A stretch of 64,000 nucleotides of DNA from Piedraia hortae CBS 480.64 (lineage: Eukaryota), in NCBI GenBank assembly GCA_010093745.1, contig MU006001.1, forward strand, positions 1-64,000, written 5' to 3'. Positions 21,401-33,698 of the stretch are shown here, one piece after another. The first letter of the stretch is position 1, and each line of letters opens with the position of its first letter. A program made the translations under genes and the position numbers. A model generated the notes under the pieces. The model saw nothing but the letters and a program-made list of their open reading frames with translations, made no database searches and was not told where the DNA came from.

Positions 21401-22090
21401 GCAAAGACAGAGGAGCAGACCAATCGCGCATTGGAAGACGAAATGCGAGCGGAAAGCACGCTGCGTCAGCTCACAGTGTCTGTAATGAGTTTCGTCAACA
21501 CCCTCCTCGACCTCCGAGGGGACGATCCCTCAAATTTCATCCTGGAAGAAATGGCCGTATTCGAACCACTAATGGTCTTATGCACTCACGCCCTCCGCTT
21601 CAGAGACACACGCTGCTGCACAGTTGCCTGCCGCTCCTTCCGTCGTCTAATGCCACGCTTCGAAGATGCAGACGCAGTGCGAGAGTACATGTGCAGCGAA
21701 GTTCTGAAATCGGCAATCACCTCTGTCCATGACCCGTACTTCACCGACGTCCAGCGCGAACTAAGCGGACTAATAGCCCAAATCCTCGTAAAGGGCAAAA
21801 GACGTGAAACCGCCGGCGCGGTCCTGGAGTCGTTACCGGATATGGTGGCTGGAAGAGTCAATACCACCGTCAAAGCAATCGAAAGTGCGCGTAACGAGCG
21901 CACTCAGCGAGCACTTGTGCTTGAATTGCTTGATGGGGTTCGAGGCATGACGATCCAGGAGGCGGGTAAGATTAATAATACGGAGAAGAAATCTACTCCC
22001 CGCGAGAGGAAGAAGGGAAAGGGTAAATGGGAATCGATGGATGCCGCTAACGAGCAGCCCTTGGATGGTATTCAGGCCATGTTTGGGTGA
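18491..22090 (+). CDS. MSN5: Karyopherin Msn5 / exportin-5
   Basis: 1199-aa HEAT-type protein; IBN_N-like start (RQQALQLL..VRFYG); LQDRFWQSGISHESKEAF; GFASTVRG; SAITSVHDPYFTDVQ. Confidence 0.9.
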   Translation: MAGLNPAQPQQLDAIKQALAATFDPKTTNEVRQQALQLLDRLKHDPEAPPLGFGLVTDASLGQAVRFYGAQLLEFAIKNSWDKYDESQRNQLREWVKTLATTLGQNDALLWNKAAQLWVELSKRCWGDLGWREMDSLLASFWDWPLSPEGIKHKIFVLQVLGALTEDIIINEDAIAGLRVETLGPCLNEILVPPQVYSKLRKKRGDRNEVRSNGSGWLLRIKDVLVDCLTSATPDQSEPMIDCALKALETLQVIFSWIGMDSVADAGCIEWLFLPITSNNLQLKIAAVEALYMLLRRPHHPHAHDAWLTVRKECEQLRRVMALKDAFVQANCAPEECDEKHTLQVKISELLSVMAETIIKDGHWTPDLPAFFELTLLVAQSKSLLVSIPVLHSWCTVMSAGHPSFAPVMSWALGPLITMCGERLIRYEAISRGSEDEIMAFLEEDFDTDSERHSFLAHYRRYCTRVIQSITSSWLQEALDHVLSQMCKILGEGPFTFDRGFDPVTYTRNSLPLLMFDATFSIVSSALDGFASWLVKPREQTGEEIIQKHLAVNQMLWQWAHVLMKIPVDDPKVASQVVQTLVSIMRMSQPDGPLVRDLTVHIFSLRFRKDDHNQHYSEAVAGFECVRVAEMQKLAYVLAPLLASEITSLEPIVSALAEEHRYDARLCWGCRAFLFAIIHRTPSDGDDELRLRYMTDMVNPVVESWKSPGLAESVQSLPNLCKQLCLDDLGDFYRKSGFDQTEDWSQGLLDVEGQAKQSAIKAAVDGLPLRMTKSMLGASIDHLAVSAEAYQRARMFWAPVTPIILERSLQLLTQVQAFYNMTNWSHLPPELQATVHRTLQDRFWQSGISHESKEAFFDRVEGSKSSYEGFASTVRGALRNVRELCYNSLFQFSKLQKPFYDLHELGPMMASAIFKDAHHLATSQMQPIVSLITMIVQRCPPDKRRSFLTPILNHFFLTMDAKLQTEWDAVAKTEEQTNRALEDEMRAESTLRQLTVSVMSFVNTLLDLRGDDPSNFILEEMAVFEPLMVLCTHALRFRDTRCCTVACRSFRRLMPRFEDADAVREYMCSEVLKSAITSVHDPYFTDVQRELSGLIAQILVKGKRRETAGAVLESLPDMVAGRVNTTVKAIESARNERTQRALVLELLDGVRGMTIQEAGKINNTEKKSTPRERKKGKGKWESMDAANEQPLDGIQAMFG

Positions 22091-22796
22091 ATATACTACG
22101 TAGCTTATGCCCATTGAGGATCTCATGCTTCCATCTATCCTATTAAGTCATCCTGTCTATATCCAAGTGCTGCATGAACCAGTTCACGTAGAAACATGTT
22201 CGGAGCAGAATAATCACATAGACAAATGCTTCCCTCAAAGTTTTGAGGGTTCCTCAGCGTAGACTCATGATCACTTGCATCCTCACAATCGTAGGACCAA
22301 AACGAGACTGAAAAGTGAACACCTCTTCCTTACTCCCGGTGTCTGCTGTTTCCTCGCGCTCGACATCTTCGAAGAACCCCGCGGAAATCTCGCCCCTCGC
22401 TGCGTCTGTAAAATCGAACGGACCAACTTGCTAACATCGACTTTAACCAGATTTCTCTCGCGACCTCCTCTTGGAAGACGTCATCAATATCTGAATTTCC
22501 TGTGTAAACGTCGGCATGTATGAACGCCTAGGTAACCGGCGGGTTACGAAGCGTGCCCCAACATGCCTTCAAATCGTAGCCCCGACTGCTTACATCGACC
22601 AAACCCGTTTGAGCTCCTCGTCACCTGAGCCTTCTCGTCTGCGTGCCAGCCGCAAGTAATTGTATGGACCTCAGAAAATACCTCTTTGATCTCCGATCGG
22701 TCCTTGTCGCATCTGAAGAATTAAAGAACATACCCCAATCGTCCGAACACGGAGAAAGAGGTTGAAGATATGGCCTGTAGCATTGGCATCCGCTTT

Positions 22797-23360
22797 TTAG
22801 CTATCGTCAACAACTTTTGTGAAAGCGCGCCCCAGCGGACACCCAACTAGGCCAACGAGAGGCATGTCATCGCAGAACATTGCCAGTTCGACAGCCTCGG
22901 TTAACTCCTTGCTGAACCGTGGGAATTTGAGAATATCCTTGATAAGAAGGTCAAACTGATGGAAATTGCACCCAATCGGATAAATCTGGGGATAATTCAC
23001 CAATAGCAGCCGCACGGCCTTGCGTATGTTGGGCGCCGTGTCTGTGCTAATAGCATTGATATGTTCAAGTCCAACCTCTCCGACAACTTTCTGCAACTCC
23101 TCCCAAAAGGTACTCTGCAGAGTGCTTATTGCTTCCTGAAGGATTCGCGCGAACGCACGACCGTCAGGGTTCACGAGCATGTAGTTCACGAGGTGCTCAC
23201 CCCCGAAATTCGTCCACGAACCCGTGGTCAAAGTGAGTCATGGGAACTTCCACTCCTCTTCCTTCCACTGGACTTCAAATTTTACACTGCTTGGCGCTTG
23301 GAGGCGAAGAGCCTGCCACCAAGCCTTGAAGGAAGGTTCGCCATTCCGCATCATCTCCGA
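22797..23360 (-). mobile_element. Decayed hAT-superfamily transposase fragment
   Basis: WRTFLQGL..PPS, (D>G)SWTN..EHLVNYML, ISTDTAPN (catalytic D region), GCNFHQFDLLIKDI (CxxH). Truncated and frameshifted. Confidence 0.75.
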
Positions 23361-23599
23361 TCTGGAATTGGAGACCTGTTTTGTTAATCAGCGAAGCGAG
23401 CACCCAGTCGACCAACATGGGTCACTTAACGTCCGGCTTTGTCCGCCTTGACGATCGCACTTAAGCGTGCAACACACATCCCCTTGTTAAGGCCAGGCTC
23501 CGGCCGAGCCTCGTAACATCCCTGTGTTGGTGAGGTGGTCCAGACACGTGCATCCCGCAATGGGTTGACGCACCTGGCTAGGTGGTGTCCTGCAGGGCT

Positions 23600-23870
23600 C
23601 TAGTCCTCCCTCAACTTCATTGGTCTACTGCATGACTTCAGCCAGTCGAACTGCTCCTGTCTCTTTCGCCACATCCGCTTAGAGTCTCGCTCTGCCCCAT
23701 ACTCCTTGCGGATGTATGTTAATGACGCCTCCACATTACATGCCCACATCCCCAATTTACGGAAGGATGCACGAATGCTACACTCTGTGAACATCTCTAC
23801 ACACCATATTATGGATGGACCCAAGCGATCCGATCCTTTGTTGCATCTAACAGTTCGCGACATCAACATA
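23600..23870 (-). mobile_element. Possible pogo/DDE_1 transposase C-terminal relic
   Basis: FTECSIRASFRKLGMWACN resembles the 'FT..NI.S.F.K.G.WP.N' motif; otherwise heavily decayed. Confidence 0.35.
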
Positions 23871-24844
23871 GCGCAGCTTTGTGTGGCGAATCGCTGTCGA
23901 ATAGTCGCAGCGTCTGCCCATTATCGCATATCTGGCTCAGTGTATAGCCAAATCAAGGGTGAAGCCGATATCGTCCATGACCCTCTTCTGCCGGAGGTAT
24001 TCCCCTGCGGTGATCGATTGAGCCTCTAGCTCAGCCTCTGTGCTTGAGGTGGCTACAGCCTTTATAATATTACTCGACGATGCCTATGGTCGAGTTACTT
24101 TTCAAGTGATTCAGGCCGGTGCAGGCAGAGAGGTACTGTTGCAACTATTTCCGTAGAAAGTAGCTGTTGGCAGTGGCTCAAAACTGGACAGTAGCGAGGA
24201 AATGCAATTTTGTTGGTGTGCGTGCAGGGTGACATCGGTGTGGGGTGACGTCTGGACAATCGGCCACTCTCACAGTGCCGTGTCAACCATCAGAGTTCTC
24301 GGCATCAACAAAGCTGACATAGGTCGAGCTAGTGATCCGTCGTTTCAGGGCATCGTGACCTCATCACAGCACAAAACATGCGTGCGTGGTTGTAAATCTG
24401 ACTGGCCTTTCGATTTGAAACACTGAGGAAGCGCAACAGGCGTCTTTTCAGCGCTCAAGTCGCTCTGATGACAGAATAATGGCTTTTCTATGTAATAAAA
24501 TGCTTTACAATTGTGTGTGGTAGTTGATCATGGATGCTGTTCGATTCTTTCGCAGGCATATGACTGCTCGCAAGTGAGAGTGTGGTAAAGGCTGGCCACA
24601 ACAGCCGGTTAACATAGAGTGTCATGGCTGAGATAAGAGACCCAGGCCGCTCTAGGCGATCAACGCCCATAACCAAAAACCTTAGCAGTATGATAAGCTC
24701 TTGTCAAAGGCCCGCGTAGTCTCAACGGCAGAAGAGAAGAGTCTCGTTCATCTGGCATGACCTGTATAAAACGTGCTAACACAGATGCGACTCATGTGCC
24801 CTAACAATGAATACCAATCCCCAATAAATTTTGTGGTGCACTAG

Positions 24845-27020
24845 CTACCCATTGAACACCCTTTTCCTATCAGATGACTCGACGGGACCACCGGAAATCT
24901 CTTCTATAACTCTTCTGTTGCCACTCTGCCCAGACCCGGCTATACTCAGCCCAGGACCCGGGCCTGGAGGGCCTGGGCCTTGGCCGGAAACTAGACCTGG
25001 ACCTGAACCGGGAACCATGCTTGTGGCTAATACCGGACCCGGGCCTGGACCGGGTCGCGTAGGCCCAGCGATGGCCACCCCCGACTGCATCGCCGCGGCG
25101 GGCGGCGGCGTGAACATGGTTGGCGGTATGGCTGTCGTGAGCGTAAAGGGAGCTGCAGTCGCGCTGTGCATGAATGCGACTTCTTCGGGCGCTGAGGTCG
25201 TCGTGGAGATGACACCCCCAGGCGACGGAGTCGTGGGCGAATCCTCCTGCTTTAGAGCTCTTTTAACATAGCCAATTGCACTTTGGGGCGCAGCTACTCC
25301 GACTGATGCCTGAGACGGCTGTGGGACCGGTGGAACACGGGTATCTATAACTGGTAATGCAGGTCTGACCTCAGACGAAGGCTTCTTCAGGTGCGCCATG
25401 TGCTTCTCGAGCAGATTGAAGAGGCCGTCCTTTGTAAATGGCTTGGGTAAGACATCATTCATTCCTAACACTGTCAGTGCTTGAACAAGCCAAATTGTCC
25501 TCGCAGCTTACCATGCTGGAAATACATATTGATGTCGTCGTGACGAATGTTGGACGTCATGGCAATGATTGGTGTGCTGTCAAACTGCCGGATCAGGTGC
25601 GTGGCGGATATGCCGTCGAGGTTCGGCATTATGATGTCCATAAGGATAAGATCGTATTTGGCACGCCCATCCAGCCGCGCAACAGCTTCTGATCCATCCA
25701 GGGCGGTTTCGATCGAACACTGGAATGCCTCTAGGAACTTGGTGCTGATTCGCTGGCAGGTAGGGTCGTCTTCGACCAATAGCACTCGCGGACGCCGCAC
25801 CCAATGCTTGGCATCTACCGACTCTTTCTTGACAGAGACATCAGCCACGTGAAAGGGAACTGCTGGCGGGGGAGGAGGTGGGGGCGGCTGCTTGGCCGCC
25901 AAGGCATATGGATCTGGAAACATTCGCATGCCTACCGGTGGTGGGTAGGCCATTCGATCCAGATCCCCGTACGATATCGAGGATTTGGCCGATTGGGGTC
26001 CTGCATGCGGAGATGGCGGTACATTTCGCTGCGAAAAGTCTGGTGGAGGCGTAATTGCGGCATGCAGCCGAGCCTGTACCTCACTCATCTGTTCCAAGGG
26101 CCGGGAGCTGACGGATTGTTCACCGTTATAGTGGCCCAGCATCTTGATGGCCTGCTCCAAGGTTGCAATCGACACTCCCTCATTATCGGCTCCCTCATTG
26201 GACTCGGTATTCGCCGTCTCTGTCGCAAAAGGCACGGGTTTGCCTTCTTGGCGCTTTTGATTGGAGATGAGGAAATTCAAGATGTTCCCCATGATGGTCT
26301 CATGGTTGGCCGCAACCTTTCGCAAGTGATGGAGTTCCTGGCACTGCATGGAATACAGCGACTGTAGCTCATTGAACCGCTCCTGTAGCGTGTGCAGGTG
26401 CTGGCTGGCCGTCTCCTCTGATCTCACATTTAACTTCCGGGGCGCTGGTGCCTTTCTTCGGATATTGTCTAACGCATCCTTGTTGTTCATGCGGAAGTCA
26501 GGATGCATAAATTCCCACGCCTTGACCAGTTAGTCACACCAGCATCTCTTTCCCGACTCCATCATGGTTGGACATACCCCAGGACCGTACGGTGACACAC
26601 CTCCTTCGTCATTGTTGTGGCGCACTTTGTGAAAGTCGTACTTGTTGAGCTGTCGTACAAAGCTGGCAAAATTGCTATGCTTGAAGTGCTTGGGTAAGAT
26701 GTGTTTTGTGAATTTTTCATTCTGGTCGCAGGGTCAGGGGTCAAGGGAGCACGGCGAATGGGTTTCACGCACCTCGAGAACGACGAAGCTATTACCGTCG
26801 TTGCCCCATCGCACTACGCTTTCATCTTGGGGGTTCTCGAGCATCCTAAGGCGCACGGTGAGTCCAGACCCAGTCCCGATCGAGCTTTAGCGAGGGGTCA
26901 TACTTGTAGAGCTTGCGAACCTGGAAGAGTAAGTCCATGTTCCCTCTTGTTGTTCCCAGTTGATCCACCTACAAAGTCGCTGGAGGTGCTGGGAGGCTGC
27001 TGGGCCTGGCTGCCCTCCAT
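24845..27020 (-). CDS. SKN7: HSF-domain response regulator Skn7/SrrA/Prr1
   Basis: Spliced N-terminus [66 protein letters not shown]. Receiver [30 protein letters not shown]. Five short introns. Confidence 0.95.
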
Positions 27021-28716
27021 CGTAGTGGTTGCTCGTGCTCGGTCTAGGTCTAGGTCGCATAAAGCCTAGAGCATGCGTCCGACACGCCCTCGAACCCCAG
27101 ACCCTTGGGGAGCCAGGGCTGCTAGAATTCCTTCGCAACAATGAAAACTGTCCGAGCTTTACGCCATCCACCAGACGAGCTTCAAATCTTCAGACAACTT
27201 TGACGCGGTTAACACTAATTGGTTTTGGGTGGGATTGCATTAGACGCCACCCATTAGACATGAGGTAATTGCCGTAACAGCAAGGTTTCTATTGGCTCGA
27301 GGCCATTGCAAGGGTGTCCTGCTAACCTGCAAAGTCTTCGATGGCTCTTGACTCTTTACCTGGCAGTAACAAAACATCCCTGACGCGGCTGCAGCAAATG
27401 TATGGCGAAGGACGCTACCCGTAAGGTAAACGACCGTTGGCTTACAGTGAATAACAGTTAGGCTGTTCGATCTGATAAACACACGGCCAACATGGTTGAG
27501 CTAGCCTTGTACTTGATGTCTAAACGGGAAATATATCAGCCTATCCATTTCATCACGCCGCTTAATAAAGTTTAACAGGAGGCTCTCCTTTTTTTCCATA
27601 ACGGCATCCGCGTGATAGGTATTTCACATTACCGGCATGTGGACCCAGCATACCGAAACGACCAACATACATGCATATCAAGTGAGAGCGGAAAGGAAGG
27701 GGAAAGTCACTTGCTCTCTATAAGAAACAGATTGTCCTTTTCAACCCCAAGAACTCGAAGTTGAACACTATAGATATCAATGTTGCAGTTGTAAAACATG
27801 GCAACTAAACGTCCAAATAACGCAGCAATGACTACCGACCTATTGGCAATCGATTGGCCAGGTTTCCGGGGTATCTTCAGCCTTTCCAGGATGCAATATT
27901 CAACTAACTGAACCATGTGTTATATGGGTTAAGCTATCTCATTCGACTTGTGGAGTGACAGGCGGAAGGAAAGTTGTCGACCACTATGAACGTCGCAGTC
28001 GATTGGTCGGGGAAGCCATATCTCCCGTACTCTGCAGAACTTTTTGACGTACTCCCGTGTCAAGGAACGTGCAGCGACAATCGGGCAATCTCAAGAACCA
28101 AGTCTGTGAATTTTTATCGATGGCACAATTCGTCCTTCTTGTCACCCGACCACCCGACGCATCACCAAAAGTTTGAGTATTCGGGATTCAATCACCTCCA
28201 TGGGCCCAAATCGACGCATGTATGCTATGTAAGCCTACATTGGCCTTGGCGGCATCCTTGCCAAGATTTCTTGCAGGAAGGTAATATCATCTTGCCCACC
28301 AACACGTCGAAGAGTTGAATGATCTGTTGGTCGCTTGTGGCGGCGTCGGGCTGACAATACTGTCCACGAGCTTCGACACGTCAGCTACAAACTTTTGGGT
28401 GCGCCTGTTCCAGTAAAGGGGCCCATCGACCTTGGTGACCCCTTCCTCCACAATTACCTGACTGGAAGTCTCAACCCGAGCCTCCATGTCTCTGGAATGC
28501 AGATACAAAGATGGACTCGCTAGCCATGTATCAAGGGTCAATTATCTTCGTTGACGTTAACTGAAGAGAGAACTAGACAGTAGTACACCCTCCGATCCCA
28601 TTGCTTGATTCACATTTCTCAAAAAAACCAAAGGTACCACGCAGATACCCAATCTCCAGCATAAGAACACCAAGGACGCCGTTGTTGCGATTAACAATAC
28701 ACTAGACTTTTTTCTC

Positions 28717-30912
28717 CTATGCCCATCCTCTTATTTCATTACTGTCTTCCTCGCCGGGCTCAGAATCGCTAACAGGCGGACTGGGTCGATCAAGCCTTTC
28801 AAGTATCCTGCTTCAGGGTCAGCGTCTACAGTAAACTTTGCGAAGGTTCGTGTACTTTATACAGTCTTCCAGACGCCCCTGCCATTGAAGGGCCACCGGC
28901 CCTTGGTGGCTTTCGGGGGCCATTAGGAGTGTATGAGCTACATTACGTAGCTTGAGGATCTGTGGTAGGGATGATCAGCATACCTATCCGCGATACTGTT
29001 TGCTCGTTGGCCTTACAAAACTGTCTGCCATGACCTCAATGTGACTTTGGCTGATATTTGAAAGCACCGAACCCACTTCTCGTGCGATATCTTCGCGTTC
29101 TTGGCGCATTTCTTGATCCACCAGCTCAAATTCTTCAGACGAGAGGCCCGTGCCATTGACGGGAGTTGAAGATGGTATACCCTCCATCTTTCGTCGACTA
29201 TCACGTAGTGCTAGGTATTTGTTTACGATGAATAGCCGGGTGGCCAGCTGTGACGCAAATAAATTGGCTCTTTGGATGTCATGCTGCATGCGTCTGGTTG
29301 ATTCTAATGACGCCTCAGGGTCTTTCCAATGCGACGGGTTTAGGAAATCCCTGCTAGCCTCATGGATCGCGTTAGGCTGGGAAAATGGAAGCTCCTCGAC
29401 CGCAAAGTCGCTCGCACTAGGTATTGTTAGGGCAGGCGGCAACTGGCTCACCAAAGCCTTGCATTGACGCAACGACTCTTGCAACGCCCGTATCTGCCGA
29501 TCCCATTCACGTGGATTTTCAGTTGATTCCGCGACAGCCAATGCGTCGTAAGATTGGTACACGTATACATTGGCGTTGAATCCATTAGTTATAGCAATTG
29601 TACCTGGCGGCTGCAGATCGTACTTGGCTGGGAAGATGCAAAAGTCGTCAAGCTCACTGGGAAGGGGCGGATATGGTTCGGAAGGAGTAGGCGGTGGCAG
29701 TATTGGATCTGCCGACGAAGAGCTGAACTGACCCAATGTTTTGGCACTGGCAAACAAGGCCCAGAACACGCGCCGCCCAACCTCACTGCTGACGTTGTCG
29801 TAAATTCCCTCCCGTTCCACATTGAACGGATAGACTAAGCTGGGTTGTATGGGGCCATTTGCACCTTCCTGTTGCCGGTGGAGGCCGAGCGCGCGGATAA
29901 TGGTGCTACACTCACCAAAGTACAGGCGGGCCTGGCGTAAGTTCATCGAGTAAAACCCTGAAAGGCCCAGCAAATAGCTCGTTGCCGCATCGTGAACGCT
30001 CAGGGTATCACTATCCAGGTAGCCAGGACCGCGCGCAAGCACGCATACCTGCTGGCAGCGTTGCACGAAGCTCGCACAGTCCCGGAACATGCTGCCATGG
30101 CGTTTAAGCTTCAGTTGCAATCGAGCTTTATGGGGATATGCAGCAACAAATACACACAGCATCGAGGCCATCAGGGCAAGGAATGGCTTATTGCTGACAT
30201 CCTCTCGCCTCTTCCACGCTTCCTGGAAGCTGCCGTGGTGAGGAAATGGACACACGGGGTAGATATATCGGAAGTAGTCATCCAGAATGGGCCCCAAAAC
30301 ATCCAGCGGACAGATGGATTCGGCGGTGATATGAGTCGGCGATGCGTGGCCATGGGACACGGCAAACGGGTTCATCACATGTGTGGGGGAGGAGTTAGCT
30401 GGAGGACCGGGAGGATCAGCGCTTGGATCGAGACGTTGCCGCTTGATGGCTTCTGCATGGCGATTAGGCGGGCCTCGACGACGACTCGGACGCTGAAAGG
30501 TACAGGGAATATCCAGCGCAGCGCATGCGCGACAGGGCGGACCGCTTTCATCGCATTTGACTTTGCGGATGCTGCAAGAGTCACATGCCTTGCGTAGTCT
30601 ATTAGCTTTGGCATGGTCTTGGGGCATCTGGGAGTGCGTGAAGGCTGCGGATTGCGGGCGGACATGCGCAACCTGGGGATGCAACTGGTGCTGCAGCTGA
30701 CGATTGAAGTCATGCTGGAGGGTCTGAAACTGGGGTGCAGTGTGATCCTGCGGGACAGCCTCTACTTTGGGATATGCCGACGTGTATTGCAATGACTCCG
30801 CGGGGAGTGGTTCATACTGTTGGGCGGCGGAGGTATAGACGCCATTGTACTGGGGATTTTCTGCGCCCGCTGCGGAGGACGATGCTTGTGGAATCGGTGG
30901 ATAATTCGACAT
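28717..30912 (-). CDS. Zn(II)2Cys6 fungal transcription factor with middle homology region
   Basis: CDSCSIRKVKCDESGPPCRACAALDIPC; YFRYIYP; GRRVFWALF. 3' introns 28960-29016 and 28808-28855. Probable 5'UTR intron 30926-30989 places the start at 30912. Confidence 0.88.
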
Positions 30913-31303
30913 GTCCGGTGTCCAGCTATATTTCGACCCATACATCAGTCAGGATTGTGGGGAAGACGATTGAGACTGCTGCCACTTACCGCTACCTACG
31001 GCGGTGAGGTTGGAGGTCCAGTTCGGGAGCTGGGCCGACCCGGTTTAGCGCGACACGTGGTTTTGTTGCATCAAACGTCACGTGAATAGAATTCACGCGC
31101 ACCATTCAGACCTATCATACGACAACAAACTGCCAACCAGTCCCACACACGCCCATCCAAAGCCATCCCAATGCCTGAAAGCCCCGCGGAAACGCCACAG
31201 ATGCACAAAATGCAAAATCAACCGCCCTCTAATCACAAGTTTGAAGTACAAGAGCCGGAGGTTCCCCAGCGAGTTGGTCATAAAGGTTGTAACATTAAAA
31301 GGC

Positions 31304-33209
31304 TCACGACGTTGCCATGCGTCTTTGGTAGGAACTGCCGATGCTATAGGCAATGTCCGTCCCCAACGAAAACGTAGTACGACACCTTGATTCACCTGGT
31401 CGCATGTGTGCCGTGGGAGAGTCGTCGACGCCGAGGGGACTCTGGCCAAAAGCAAACGTTTGTGCACGAAAGAGCTTTTGCCGACCTTTGACGCGAGCCA
31501 GACCCAGTTCGCATGCCTGTTCGTGCCGTTCATCATTCATTTCCACGTAATTTTGGGGGTAGCATTTGCTGCGATGCATTTTATAAAAGCCACTGTAGCC
31601 GCCATCGAGAATGTACATTTCGGGGTAGGTAAGGCGAGGATAGTTGGCGGCATTGACATTGCGATCGTGGCTGCGGATGAACTTTGCCATCAATGGCGCC
31701 CGATGCACCGAGTATTCGCAGTGAAAGATGAGCAACGTCCTCGGACGGGGCTCGATGCTACGGAAAAGCTCGTTGGTAAGCTCAAGCTTGTCGTTAAAGT
31801 TGGTTGCTCCCTGAATGTGGCCGCCCTGGTATTCATACTCAAAACGACAGTCGACCACCTTGACGTCATCATATTGGTGGCTATATTTGGCCTCCAATAC
31901 ATCTGCCATCGTGTCTTGCGAGATGCGGGGCAACCCGTCCGGTTCTTCAGGGGAAGCAAAGTGCGGCAGCAAACATGTGTGCTCGGTTATGGGATCGATG
32001 TCCATGCCTGTGCCTGATCCCGGGCTGCGCGTAAAGACATCACTTTCCTCCTTCATCACATCATCCGGATGCTGGAACATGCTAAACGACCGACGCATTA
32101 GCTTCCGTTGAGGGCGCATAAATACCGGGCGGCCAGCCGAGTGTTTGCGGACATGCGACGGATTGGGCGAGTTGCGGGAGCCGTTGGCAGATAATCGACG
32201 GGACGTAGGCATCTGCATAGGCATTTGCGCCTGGTAGGGCGATGCCAACGATGTCATCGATCCGTCGGAGCTTTTGCTGTCAGGAGTTGGCGCCTCGACA
32301 CACGTCTCAAGCAGGCTGGGCGTGGATGAGCTGGCAAGGCCATGGGTAGCCACACTGCCGAAGCGAAATGGCGGCAAGGGACTCTCGGCACTCAAGGGAC
32401 GTTGGAAGGAAGGATTGGCCACAGTCTTGGTCCGGGAAAAAACAGGACGGTTATTAACGCGCCTGCGTCTAGTCTTGTTGTCAGCGCACGAAGAGGCCAT
32501 GGCAAGAGAATCGTACTCTCCGAGAGCAAAGACTGGCATAGCCGGAAGACGAGTGGCTTTATCCTCTGCTCCCACGACCTCGCTCTTAGCGGATTGGCGC
32601 TCAGTATCATCTGGCTTGGTTTCGCGTGAGGGAGAAGCCAGGCAGATCTTGGAAACCGAATAGGGGAGCTTGTGAGGTAGCGGCGAAATGTCCATCATAC
32701 AGGGCGAAGACGAGGGAATGTCGGGGGTACCGCCAACCTCCATCTCCGTCGGCGGCGTCTGCAACGGCGCTGGCGCGGCGTTAACGTTGTCGAGATCCAA
32801 ACGGGGACTGGGCTTACTGTTGCGGGGCCCAAAGGCTTCCTTGGTAAAGAGGGCACGGCGCGGGGTAGGCACCTGGGGGCTAACACGAATGAGTTAGCGC
32901 GATTGAGGGGATGAATGAGCAGGGACAATACCTCTTATCAATGTGGAAGTTGGCATCGAGATCGGCGGTAAGACTGGCCGTGGGCGACGAGGCCCGCAGC
33001 GGACGAATGCTGAAGTAATCGGGCCTGGGCACGACCGTCGTTGTCGTGGTTGCTGTCGAACCTCTGCTTCGTGAAGACTGATGCATACTCATGTCCCGGA
33101 AGTTGAACGAGGAAGCAGCCGGCTGACGACACATTGGTAAGTCCTTGCGGTTGGCCCAGGCGGGGCACGGCGGCGGGTGCATTGCGGCGAGGGGAGATGA
33201 ATAGTCCAT
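31304..33209 (-). CDS. MIH1: M-phase inducer phosphatase Cdc25/Mih1/NimT
   Basis: Rhodanese-fold catalytic domain VVDCRFEYEYQGGHI, HCEYSVHRAP, LTYPEMYILDGGY; N-terminal MDYSSPLAAM. Introns 32880-32931 and 32469-32516. Confidence 0.94.
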
Positions 33210-33682
33210 GGCGGTGGTCTATGCTATGCTGATGATTAAGGTGATGCTCGTGGAGGGTAATGAGTCTGCAAGTGCCGCCGTGTATCCTGGACGCCTTAAC
33301 GATGGGCTCAAAGGGCAGACATGGCTATGATGATGAGTAGAAAAGAGACTATCAGAGCAAGAGCGGAAGCAAGAAAAGAAATGCCCGCTCCTCCGCCAAC
33401 CCCAAGCTGGAGATGGGCCCGTGTCCCGGACAACGCCAAGTGCGAAATCCAGGCGTAAGTGACGTCGATGTATCCTACTTTCTGCCCTGGATTCCCTCTT
33501 TTTTTCCCTCTTTTGGCTATGTTATCCCGGTATCTACTGGAGGGGCTCATCTAGTTCGGCTTTTACTTTGCGCGATGACTCTCACGCATTCGTCTAGTTC
33601 TACGTAGAATAACGTTTCCATCTCACACACACCCAAACCGCCGCCGATAGCAATCACACACAGACCCGCTGTCATCCGCGTG

Positions 33683-33698
33683 CCCCCCCCCCCCCCCC
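33683..33698. repeat. 16-nt poly-C (poly-G on the Cdc25 sense strand)
   Basis: Homopolymer ~475 bp upstream of the Cdc25 ATG. Confidence 0.85.

Noticed and set aside
27700..28560. Short ORFs between SKN7 and the Zn2Cys6 gene
   Set aside because: Fragmented, with no recognisable domain or consistent splice signals.
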